DNA of 63,041 nucleotides, the filler included, from Octopus bimaculoides (Eukaryota): NCBI RefSeq assembly GCF_001194135.2. It is 4 parts of 4 records of this genome, joined end to end, with 100 filler letters (N's around TTAATTAATTAA, not from the genome) between each part and the next. Parts side by side here need not be neighbours in the genome. Positions count along the whole stretch, not along the records: positions 51,873 to 63,041 come from NC_069000.1; 3 more parts are not named here. One strand, 5' to 3'. How positions within the stretch are numbered: the first letter of the stretch is position 1; each line of letters starts with the position of its first letter. The position numbers and the translations under genes were made by a program. Below are positions 52,242-63,041 of the stretch, in pieces. The notes beneath the pieces were generated by a model that saw only the letters and a list, made by a program, of their open reading frames with translations, was not told where the DNA came from and did no database searches.

Positions 52242-53015
52242 ACGTACTTGTGTGTTTGTGTATGTATGTGTGTGTGTGTGTATGTACGTATGTATGTATG
52301 TATACATGTATGCATGTATGTATGTGTGTGTATGTGTTGTAACTTCAATGTTCAATTTTTTTTAAAGAATCATTTTAATCCGCAAAGGTTCCGCCTGAAT
52401 TCGATTATGTGGCTTATATTTTGTGCACAATATATAAGATAAACAATATATATAAATGTCATGAAAAATAGTAATACAAAGTACTTCTTCATGCAAAGAA
52501 GGAAAATAGGTTTAGCAATAAAAGTTATTATCTCTAAATCACATGATAGCTTATATGACAAAATCCTTTCCTAAACACCATAATTTTCTCAACCGCAAAC
52601 ATATATGAGTTACTTATGCTAAGATTCTTTCTAGCTAAATTGAGGTTTGTGCAAGGAGCAAAAACAGAATAAGACAAAGAAAAAGGAAAGAAAATGCACA
52701 CAAAATGTAATGTTCTTCAATTTAATAACCAGCCATAAACCAGTATGGGGTAATGAAAAATAAAAGCATTTCTTTATAAATAATATGGTTGCACGATATT
52801 TTATATAGCGATTATCACTTTGGTGACAAAAGATTATTTAATAAAACAGTTTATAAAAAGTAAAATGGCTTAATCATCAGCATTAAATTTCCCTACACAA
52901 AGAATGCCCATTAATACGAGAGATAACAGTTCAAATCTGTCTTCACCCTTAAATATTATAGTTTAGGTCAGACAGAAAGCTAACCATTAGTAAAGACGCT
53001 TTAAGGTGTATCTTT

Positions 53016-53415
53016 GGTGGAGGCGCAATGGTCCAGTTGTTAGGGCATCGGACTCGCGGTCCTAGGATCGCGGTTTCGATTCCCAGACCGGGCGCTGTGA
53101 GTGTTTATTGAGCGAAAACACCTAAAGCTCCACGAGGCTCCGGCAGGGGATGGTGGCGAACCCTGCTGTACTCTTTCACCACAACTTTCTCTCACTCTTA
53201 CCTCCTGTTTCTGTTGTGCCTGTAATTCAAAGGGTCAGCCTTGTCACATTCTGTGTCACGCTGAATCTCCCCCAAGAACTACGTTAAGTGTACACGTGTC
53301 TGTGGAGTGCTCAGCCACTTGCACGTTAATTGCACGAGCAGGCTGTTCCGTTGATCGGATCAACTGGAACCCTCGACGTCGTAACCGATGGAGTGCCAAC
53401 AACAACAACAACAAC
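53016..53415 (+). mobile_element. tRNA-derived SINE family C, full length with 13-bp TSD
   Basis: A-box TGGTCCAGTTG, B-box GTTTCGATTCC, (AAC)n tail. TSD AAGGTGTATCTTT at 53003-53015 and 53416-53428. Confidence 0.95.
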
Positions 53416-53640
53416 AAGGTGTATCTTTACTTGTGTTTGTGACTTCTAGTGGACAGATTCCTAATTCTTGGATTTCAACACTAACTCTAATAAGGTCAAC
53501 GACAGACACAATGACAATCGCAAAAGCAACCCTCGGTTCCACACTAGCACTAGCACAATCACGACAATTTCGACCACAAATATGAACCCATAAAATTCCC
53601 AATCATATTACTGTCTGAAGCATCAATCGATTCCCAATTA

Positions 53641-53858
53641 TAATGGTTTCAAATTTTGGCACAGATCCAGCAGTTTTTGAGGGGACGGAGAAGTCAATTA
53701 CATACACCCTAGTACGTAACTGTTACTTATTTTATCGACACCAAGAGGTTGAAAGGCAAAGTTGACCTCGGTGGTATTTGAGCTCAGAACGTAAGGACGG
53801 ACGAAATGTTACTAAGCATATTGCCCGGCGTGCTAACGATTCTGCCAGCACGCCGCCT
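53641..53858 (-). mobile_element. tRNA-derived SINE family B
   Basis: Reverse complement reads GGCGGCGTGCTGGCAGAATCGTTAGCAC...TGAGCTCAAATACC...GATAAAATAAGT...CCAAAATTTGAAACCATTA. Confidence 0.85.
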
Positions 53859-55989
53859 TAATAATAATGATAATGGTTTCGGATCCTGGAAAAACCACAA
53901 CATGCACTAAAACTTGCTTGCCTGTTGCTGCTATCGCTGACCACATATCGCCAACGGCTACTTTGGCACTGGCCACCTGACTATTTTATAACAGGAAAAT
54001 GACTATTATCTCGAGGTAATCGTCATCAACGTTCCTGGCGGTTACCTTTTTGTCTCTTCTTTCCAAATATCGTGGGACTATTTATCGGCTGATGTAGTCG
54101 TGACAATTTTTGTTTGCTCTTTTTCCACGTTCTCTATTTTAATCATGCATATAGTGCCATACATTATCTCTCTTCCAATAAAGGTAATTTCGTAATTTCA
54201 TTTGATTTATCCACCAAAGCCATCGCTAAACCTTTGGATGGAACAAGAGAGATTCCATTGCCGAGGCCAGACAGGCACACTACTGTCATTCACTGGCGCA
54301 GATCTGTAGTAGATTGTCGTGAGCTGGTGGCTATAGTGTAAGCAAAATACTGCTATACTTTAGTACTTTCAGCAAAATGTTGCTTATATGTTTTGTTGTT
54401 CGATAGTACGACACAGTTTCATTTGAAAATGTACGTGTATGTATACTATTGTTGTCGTTCCGTAGTCAAATACGTTTCACGCTGATTTTTGTCATTATTT
54501 CTCATTGGAATGATGATGCTGCTCGTAGCCTCTAGTCGGTCCTGCACTCGAGAAGGAGTTTCGTCAGTTTCGCAGGACTCTATCTCATCGTAGTCGAAAT
54601 GACTTTGTTTCTTTTCTATCTATTCTTCGAGCTGCAACTTTTAATGTTCTGGAAAGAGCGGTAGAAACAACCATGTTCTTCAGCTCTACGACTTACCTGC
54701 TCTTCCTTTTCCTGCTATCACAATTGTTATTTCTCATCAATACTTTTTTCCCATTTTTTTTCTTCATCTGGGGAGATGAATCTTCAGAAACCTCTACAAT
54801 TGCATGTATACCAACCGGTCAACGTCTCTTGCATTTGTCAACGTGATTGACATCTATATTTCATCAATGGGTTCAAGATTCGCAATAGCCTTGTGTTTTT
54901 TTTGGAGTTTATCAAACCTGGATGTCCATTCAAAGCCGAACCGACCGCATATTGTTGCAAGTTATCTTCACACATACTTCTTCTGCCCTACTTCAAAGGT
55001 AACGTAAAGTCAAGGATATACATCTGTACCAATTTTTCTTTATATTTCCTGGCTGTGATCCCCTCATTCTTTTAACCCATGTACCTCTGCACCAGACTAT
55101 GACTAGTCAGGGGCAGATCACCTCTCTATGCCTTCCCCCACCTCGTCTTCGGTTTTACAGACCAGAACACACACTTTCTTATCCGCTTGAACACAAATTT
55201 TGCCAAACATTGCTCAGGCTTCCCCCAGCTTCTCATTCACAAACATATTTCATGGGAAAGAGGTACCCTCTATCCTGACATATTTCTTGCCTTGTTTAGG
55301 GTAGACTGATACCCAGCATTTGCCTTAGTCTGAACGGTATTGTTATTGGTGATAGTTTTAATGCATTAAATTTGCATCTTCGTATGATAAATCGACTGTG
55401 TTTATAAATATCGGTTTCAGTATTATATTTTCTCTTTGTTTTTAAAAACTGTTTTAGTACCTCCTTCTGCAGTTATAATAATAAATTCATTAATACAGAA
55501 TCCAATACTGTTGATTCAAAAAATGCGTGTAGAATAAAATTAATAAAATTAATCCTTTTTCTACTTCAGGTCAATGGAGTAAGCGTTCAAATATTCTGAT
55601 GCCATTTGTTGGTAAAAGGAAGACATTTTTTTCTAAGGTGAGACATCGTAAGTTTGTGAAAAATAGTTGTCTAATAATTACGTTTATCATTTAAAAAAAA
55701 ATGTAAAATACTTAAACTAAAAAGAAAACAAATAGACAAAGAAGGCTTCTTGATTGTGAACCTGGTTCTAAGCCACACCGTCAGAAATCTTTAAAGATAT
55801 ATAACGAAGACGTGTATGTTACATAACTGTTTATGTGAAATTTGGAAAGAAACAATTAACCACATTATTTCTGGCTTCTCAGTTTTAGTCAACCGAGAAT
55901 ACATTAGCAGGTATGATAGAGTCTGAAGAAGTCAGGAGAAAGATCGTTGTTTTTATATGCATATAGTCATATGAAAAGAGGTGATATAC

Positions 55990-56200
55990 ACATTCACGTC
56001 AGAAAGTCCCAAGGAATGGAAATATGACCATACTCAGAGATTATGACAAACCTATACACGGAGAGAAAAGGAGGCCAATTGCTGTATATCAATGTCAAGC
56101 ATCATAAAAAAAACTGCACCATAATCTTAATAAGTCCCAACAATGCGCTTCTCAGTAAAATCCCAAAATTATATTATAAAGATCTGGAAATAGAATGTAG
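55990..56200 (+). mobile_element. R4/Dong-like LINE endonuclease fragment
   Basis: Frameshifted NGNMTILRDYD...KRRP...NCTII...YKDLEIE resembles the ILWD...RRPDI...YKDL.IE motif of RLE LINEs. Confidence 0.7.
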
Positions 56201-56377
56201 CCACTGAAAACGATATGAATGTTACTTTAGTAATTACTAATTCATTTCTAATAATCCATTCTGTGACAGAGCTTCATGGATATATATATGTATTCACTAG
56301 CTTACGGCAGTTTCTGCTATTAGATGCATTAGACTCATAATTGAGTGACTAAGTAACACCTTATAACTTCATTGAGG

Positions 56378-56449
<72 letters not shown>

Positions 56450-56728
56450 CATATATATATATATAAGGAGTAGGATGAGGATTTCGATAGAATCAGGTAC
56501 TTGAAAGGGTATACACCAAGTAGTGTTGGGTTATGTCTGTGGTTCTGGCCCATGGCTGGTGAGAGTCGGAATATCAGATAGGCTATTTCGGTTGTATGGA
56601 CAAAGAAAACCAACTCTATAAGTATTTAGCGCCTAAGGGGCTGGTCCAGATTACGCGTTACTTTGAGTAGTACGTTGTTGGGTGTCTGATAAGTCGTAAA
56701 TTCCCTTGGTGTATCATATTCCAATACG

Positions 56729-58142
56729 ATGGATAACTGTCAGCGCATTACAGCTGTTCCTTACGTAATCGTTTAATAGAAGAATGAGAACATTACATCA
56801 TCATAAAATACCGTAATTATCAAATGAGAAGTAATTTTACAAAACAGAGAATATACCAAGAATACAGCAGGGATTCGTCTGTCGATGCCAAATATGAAAT
56901 GGTAGAATGACCAACTATGTTGGCCGTTTAGGTTAAGAATGTAATTTTTGAGAGTGTGTAATTTGATATCTAAGGTCAGTGAACTAGGTGAAAAGGAGTT
57001 TGTTAGACTAGATCATGGGTAGACTGGAGTGGGGTGTAGAAGATAATCTATTACAGGCTATGTGTTGTGGTAAGGAGAGGTCATAAAACAATTAGGGATA
57101 AGGGAAAAAGAGAAGATGAATAAATCAAACGTAAGGGTGAAGGAAAAACAAAAATAAAATGAAACATAAAAGCATACGGGCCGATCAGGTATAGGGTCGG
57201 GGTATAGGAATCTCTGGTTAATGGTAAATGACGAGGGGAGGGAGATAGAGAAACACAGAAATTTAGGTGTATTCAGTGGTAATTGGTTGAAAGTAGAAAT
57301 GGGGGGGGGGGGGAGTACGATGGCCATCAATTAATAAGATCAATATTTATGGAATTGAAGTCATAGTAAAGAAGAGTCTCCCAATCAATAAGGAGTTTAA
57401 AAATTTAAAGCAGGTTGGGATTATGTAATGAACTACATTTAGTACGGGGTTAGAGGAAATAGCAGATCGGAATGTACCAACAGTCCCCAAACCAGGATTC
57501 GGCAACTTATTTTAATCATAATAGTATTAACCATAGTAATGTAACCCCCAGCAGCTACCATGCGAACACCAATACCTTTCGCGAGATTGATTAGTCACAT
57601 CGCTGCTGTATTCTTGGAATATTCTTTTCTCTTGTAAAATTATTTCTCTTCTGATGATTACAGTCTTTTATAATGATGTGGAGGCGCAATGGCCCAGTGG
57701 TTAGGGCAGCGGACTCGCGGTCATAGGATCGCGGTTTCGATTCCCAGACCGGGCATTGTGAGTGTTTATTGAGCGAAAACACCTAAAGCTCCACGAGCCT
57801 CCGGCAGGGGATGATGGCGAACCCTGCTGTACTCTTTCACCACAACTTTCTCTCACTCTTACTTCCTGTTTCTGTTGTGCCTGTAATTCAAAAGGGTCAG
57901 CCTTGTCACACTGCGTCACGCTGAATATCCCCGAGAACTACGTTAAGGGTACACGTGTCTGTGGAGTGCTCAGCCACTTGCACGTTAATTTCACGAGCAG
58001 GCTGTTCCGTTGATCGGATCAATTGGAACCCACGACGTCGTAAGCGACGGAGTGCCAACAACAACAATAATGATGTAATGCTCTCATTCTTCTATTAAAA
58101 AGTCACGTAAGAAACAGTTGTAATGAACTGACAATTATCGAT
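56729..58142. repeat. ~140-bp diverged inverted repeat pair (56729-56870 vs 57603-57679 + 58077-58142)
   Basis: After removing the SINE, the right arm is the reverse complement of the left arm (e.g. CTGCTGTATTCTTGG..TATTCT..TTGTAAAATTA..TCATTCTTCTATTAAA..CGTAAG.AACAG.TGTAATG). Confidence 0.85.
57680..58066 (+). mobile_element. tRNA-derived SINE family C, full length with 10-bp TSD
   Basis: TSD ATAATGATGT at 57670-57679 and 58067-58076. A-box TGGCCCAGTGG, B-box GTTTCGATTCC. Confidence 0.95.
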
Positions 58143-58497
58143 CGTATGTTATTATTCATTCGATTATATATACATATATATCTATATATATATATGGGGG
58201 TGTACATATCAACACTTCCGGTGTATATATATCAGCTAATGTGAACAGCATTAAAAAGAATAGCATAGAGACTAATACAAATAACAACAAAAAAGCAACA
58301 CAATAAATTAGTCGCTGTAAAAGTCTTTAAACAATTAATTATGAAAAAATCTCTCCTCGTGGACACACTTTCTTACATAGAAAATATGTATCACAAAGAC
58401 TGGTCTCCTTCCCTTACTAACCCACAACAAAGCTCATAACTGAGTACTGCCCCCATTTATGGAACGGCGCTGCTGGTATTAATTACATATTCTAGAT

Positions 58498-58760
58498 ATA
58501 TGGTTCTTAACCGGGGTTCACATGGTCCTAGTGGAGAGGAGGGTGCAATATAAGATTCAGTTGTTAAAGTTTATGTGTAATAAATTGCTTCTACTTCTAC
58601 GATACACAAAATATTTTAACAAATTTTTGAATACAATTCCTGATAATATTTGATTATAAAATTGTAATATGATTTTTTAAAACATTGAATAGGTATGAGG
58701 GTCCAGAAAGTAAAATAGGTATCAAAGGGGTGTTAGGCAAACTATGGTTGAGAAACAATG
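58498..58760. mobile_element. hAT/Charlie-type MITE (older)
   Basis: Ends ATATGGTTCTTAACC and GGTTGAGAAACAATG, TSD TTCTAGAT/TCCTAGAC. Confidence 0.7.
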
Positions 58761-59036
58761 TCCTAGACCATATGCAAGAATAGTTACCCGATTGATTAGC
58801 GTAAAGACATTCACAAACACATTTCGACTTCTACCTTACAAATATGACGTAACATCTATCTATTCAATTCTAACACATCTCAGATATGCCTGAGCATCTC
58901 AGCATCTCAGACTTGAGCTCGTCTCATTGCTATTTAGTTACTCTAAAATTATTCATTTCCTCTCTCCTCGCCCATACTGAATTCATCTTTCATGACCCTA
59001 CACTGACTATTATGCCTATCCCTTTTTTCTCTAGAA

Positions 59037-59409
59037 CAGTGGTTCCCAACCATTTTTTTTTTATCTATGGACACCTTTGATCACTATTTCATTCTGGCGG
59101 GCCCCCATAAGAAATTGATGTTTAAAAATTAACTTCATAGATATCTCTTTCAAAATTCTTATTTTGGTTTTCATACATTAACATGTGTGGGTTGCACAAC
59201 TTATACATAAAATTTTAGAAAAAGAAATGCTAGAAAAACCTAGCTGTAACTGTTTCTTTCAGTAAATACATCTGAACCAATAGTTTTCATGGACATTTAG
59301 AATACTGCTATGGATTCCCAATTTACAATTTTGCTAGCGGGAACGTCCCCATCAGATCTGACTTGGACCGACAAGGATCATTCATATGGATCCGGATTGA
59401 GAACTCCTG
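59037..59409. mobile_element. hAT/Charlie-type MITE
   Basis: TIRs CAGTGGTTCCCAACC and GATTGAGAACTCCTG, perfect 8-bp TSD CTCTAGAA (59029-59036, 59410-59417). Confidence 0.9.
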
Positions 59410-60032
59410 CTCTAGAAAGTTGTTTCCCTAAGATTTTTTCCACGCCGATTTTTACCTGGATCCCATTTTTTCAAATGAAACATTAACCTTGCCAAAATCA
59501 TCGGTCTCGGACAGCTTGTTAAGGTTATAGGAATATTGTCACCCACTTACGGAGAAAATATAAAAGAAACGGAAAATGCTTTTGTATGAATCACTTCTTC
59601 CTTGTTTCCCCTTTTTCAAGTTTCATATATTCCAAAAGACTTTTAGAAATGGACAAGAAATGAAACAGAATCAGATACATACTTTATTGGAGTAGGTGTT
59701 ATATGATAGAACACACACCGCATTTTTTTTTTATTAATGAGTGAAATAAAATGTTCATATACTTGCTATAAAGCATAAATCAGTTACTCTCGAAGTAGGC
59801 GGTACAACCGCCCACAGGGTGGGGGAAAGATCCAAGGGGGCGGCGAGGAAAATAGGGGGCGGTGAGGAATACAAGGGGCGGTGAGGAAACAAGAAGCGTT
59901 AGAAATGCTGTAAAGTGACTGTAGGGTGGGGATTGTGTCATTTTCTTCTGTAGCGGGACACGATATTCATATATATTTGTGCAACATCAGTCAGCGTGAA
60001 CTTATACTATTTCAGGAAAAGCACACACACAA

Positions 60033-60063
<31 letters not shown>

Positions 60064-60170
60064 CACACAGACACACCCACACACATACGCACACACACAC
60101 ACACGAACACATACACACACATACATGCGCGTACATATGTGTGTGTGTGTATGTGTGTGTGTACATGCGA

Positions 60171-60257
<87 letters not shown>

Positions 60258-60409
60258 CACATGTGTGTATATATCATTATACATATATATGCGTGTATGT
60301 GTTAGTGTGTGAGTGTGTGTGTGAATGTGTGTGTGAATGTGTGCATGTGTGTGTGTATGAATACATCCTGCGCGTATATGAGATATGATGTTTTCGCAGT
60401 TGCCAATCA

Positions 60410-60785
60410 CCCCGAATTCTGCTGAAGTTGACTTTGCCTTTCATATTTTCGGAGTCGATAAAATAAAGTACCAGTTAAACACTGAGATCAATATAAATGG
60501 CTTATCCTCACTCCTGGAAGAATTGGTGACCTTGTGCCAAATTTTCAAACCAGTATTAAATATTATTCAAAGACAGCGCGCTGGCGGAACCAATAGGACG
60601 CTAGGTATAACGCGTAGCGGCATTTCGTCCGTCTTTTCTGAGTTCAAATTCTGCCGAGGCCGACTTTGCCTTCATCTTTTCAGGTTCGATAAAATAGATA
60701 TAAGTTGATTACTGGGGTTGATGTAATCGATTTACCCGCTTCTATAAACTTACCGGCCTCGTGTCAAAAATTGAAGCAAATATTA
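60410..60785 (+). mobile_element. Two adjacent copies of SINE family B (3' part, then near-full copy)
   Basis: Both contain GACTTTGCCTT(T)CAT...GATAAAATA...CAAA(T/A)TT. The second has a head GCTGGCGGAACC...GAGTTCAAATTCTGCC. Confidence 0.75.
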
Positions 60786-60844
60786 GATATTATTCATAAA
60801 ATAAATTATGTTGCCTTAAAAACAACTTACACAAATAGCTTCTT

Positions 60845-60879
<35 letters not shown>

Positions 60880-61443
60880 TTGTTTGAGGTAGCAGACATT
60901 ACACTCTGTTCTTTCAACTAACAACCAGTAGAATGTTTATGATTACATAAATCTTTCTATTCATAGTAATNNNNNNNNNNNNNNNNNNNNNNNNNNNNNN
61001 NNNNNNNNNNNNNNNNNNNNNNNNNNNNNNNNNNNNNNNNNNNNNNNNNNNNNNNNNNNNNNNNNNNNNNNNNNNNNNNNNNNNNNNNNNNNNNNNNNNN
61101 NNNNNNNNNNNNNNNNNNNNNNNNNNNNNNNNNNNNNNNNNNNNNNNNNNNNNNNNNNNNNNNNNNNNNNNNNNNNNNNNNNNNNNNNNNNNNNNNNNNN
61201 NNNNNNNNNNNNNNNNNNNNNNNNNNNNNNNNNNNNNNNNNNNNNNNNNNNNNNNNNNNNNNNNNNNNNNNNNNNNNNNNNNNNNNNNNNNNNNNNNNNN
61301 NNNNNNNNNNNNNNNNNNNNNNNNNNNNNNNNNNNNNNNNNNNNNNNNNNNNNNNNNNNNNNNNNNNNNNNNNNNNNNNNNNNNNNNNNNNNNNNNNNNN
61401 NNNNNNNNNNNNNNNNNNNNNNNNNNNNNNNNNNNNNNNNNNN

Positions 61444-61478
<35 letters not shown>

Positions 61479-61759
61479 CACACATACATATGTAGATATG
61501 CACTATATGTACACACAGAAACACAAATATGTACACATGAATATATGCATATACACTTACAAATGCATATGCACATACTTTATCGAATCTGAATGTTTCA
61601 CACCACTGCCATTATTGCGCAAATTCTTGTTTGATGATCGAAGTGGTGCGAAACCATATACTCTACAAGATGTATTGACCAATTCCCTACCATTCGTTCA
61701 ACATTACTCAATATGTGTGTGTGTGTGTGTGTGTGGAAGTAGACTTGTGACAGAGTAAC

Positions 61760-62420
61760 ATCACTTGCCAGACCCATTTCCCTCTAAGAAAAATCTCGCG
61801 TTTGGTCTCCCCATCGCTAATGACATCTCATATGGCTCCAAGGAACCTACAAGTCATCCACTCAATAGCCACTGGTAAATAAAGATATTACATTTCCGTT
61901 CAGATGTTGGCAACTCGTGTCCGTACACGTTCATATAAAATCAGTTTTCACTGTAGTCTGGCATACAAGTACAGATTAAACTGCAAACACCTTGATTTGA
62001 ACTTGCCTGGGAGTAGCGTTTTATCGATCCTTAAGCGACCATGCTCCGCCATCTTCTAAATTTTGATATCTCCACCTCTATCGTTAAGAGATAGAGGTGA
62101 GGACATCAGCTCATCTAATCTGCCCAGTATTCTCACTTCTGATTTCTCATCCCTAGCTCACAATGAAACAAAATCCATGAAAGCTTTTGCAGGGGAAAGG
62201 ATCTTCATTATATGGTCATGGGCCGTTATGTTTCGTAAGATGGCCTACTTTCCAAGAGTTATCCATATGACCGAAATTGTACACCCATGTACAAGTCCCA
62301 CCTCAAATCTCTACCAAATCGTTGTATAGTCTTTTGGGGTAAATTGCTTGCAGAACATCCTGTTGTAATCTGTCATCAATCTGCAGAGTTCCGACAGGAT
62401 CCAGAACTGCTTCATGGCAT
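61760..62420 (-). mobile_element. HERO-like (R2-group) non-LTR retrotransposon RT fragment with internal deletion
   Basis: Frame reads FTPKDYTTIW*RFEVGLVHGCTIS...SPAKAFMDFVSL...RILGRLDELMS // GRLRIDKTLLPGKFKSRCLQF...LILYE. It matches HERO RT motifs (WQRLEVGI..GCTIS, AFMDD, IDKT.LPGK.K). Confidence 0.8.
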
Positions 62421-62605
62421 ACATGTTTCAAATCATGTATGCTTACATTCATGTATTCATAAATATAATGCACATATACAATATTTATATATACATATAT
62501 AAGTACACATCTATAGAAATATAAGGGTTTGTTTCTCTACTGGTAGAAGTACACAGATTTTAAGTTGATTATGCACTTGGATCGTTCAAAATTTAAAAAA
62601 AAAAA

Positions 62606-62657
62606 ATTATTTTAACAGTTTCAGCTCAAAGCTGTGGCCATGCTTGGGCACCACCGG
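62606..62657 (-). mobile_element. Short 5'-truncated CR1/L2-type tail
   Basis: Reverse complement GGTGGTGCCCAAGCATGGCCACAGCTTTGAGCTGAAA matches the 17220 LINE tail. Confidence 0.65.
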
Positions 62658-63007
62658 TTATTCACATTAACTTTATGTATGTATGTATGTATGTATGTAT
62701 GTATGTATGTATGTATGTATGTATGCATGCATGTATGTATGTATGTATGTATATATGCATGCATGCATGTGTGTGTATGTGTATGTATGAGTGTATGTGA
62801 TTGTGTGATTGTGTATATATGTATATATTAATTTCTTTTCTGTCCGCTTATTTATTTTATTATATTCTACATAACTATTTTTATTCCGTACTTCGGTGGT
62901 AGGACTAATAAAATGGGCTAGGAGTTCAACATTTAGGGCTGAAAATAAACAACATTGCCAATTATTTTTATCTTTTATAAGTTCTTTCTCTCTTTCTCCC
63001 TCTCCCT

Positions 63008-63041
<34 letters not shown>

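Noticed and set aside
53360-53602. Minus ORF MGILWVHICGRNC...
   Set aside because: It has low-complexity decayed GTT/GTG-type repeat composition, runs into a SINE tail and has no splice or homology support.

Overview
Animal genomic DNA: AT-rich, saturated with microsatellites and broken by many N gaps. The SINE and microsatellite landscape resembles a cephalopod (Octopus-like) assembly, which is an inference. No complete or nameable host gene is visible, and almost all ORF-track hits are microsatellite or N artefacts. The recognisable content is transposon-derived: Penelope-like element (PLE) relics including a GIY-YIG endonuclease, two restriction-like-endonuclease LINE clades (R4/Dong-like and HERO-like), RTE and CR1/L2-type LINE 3' ends, Tc1/mariner relics, hAT-type MITEs with 8-bp TSDs, a Helitron helicase relic, a SAP-domain ORF fragment and at least four tRNA-derived SINE families. 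The most notable object is a ~270-bp element at 19150-19420 (minus). It joins a Pol III tRNA-like head to a PLE-type minimal hammerhead ribozyme (HHR), and several more decayed HHR-like cores occur elsewhere in the window. A tentative chain of mostly phase-compatible minus-strand exons (24592 to 1838) could encode an unidentified type II membrane glycoprotein.
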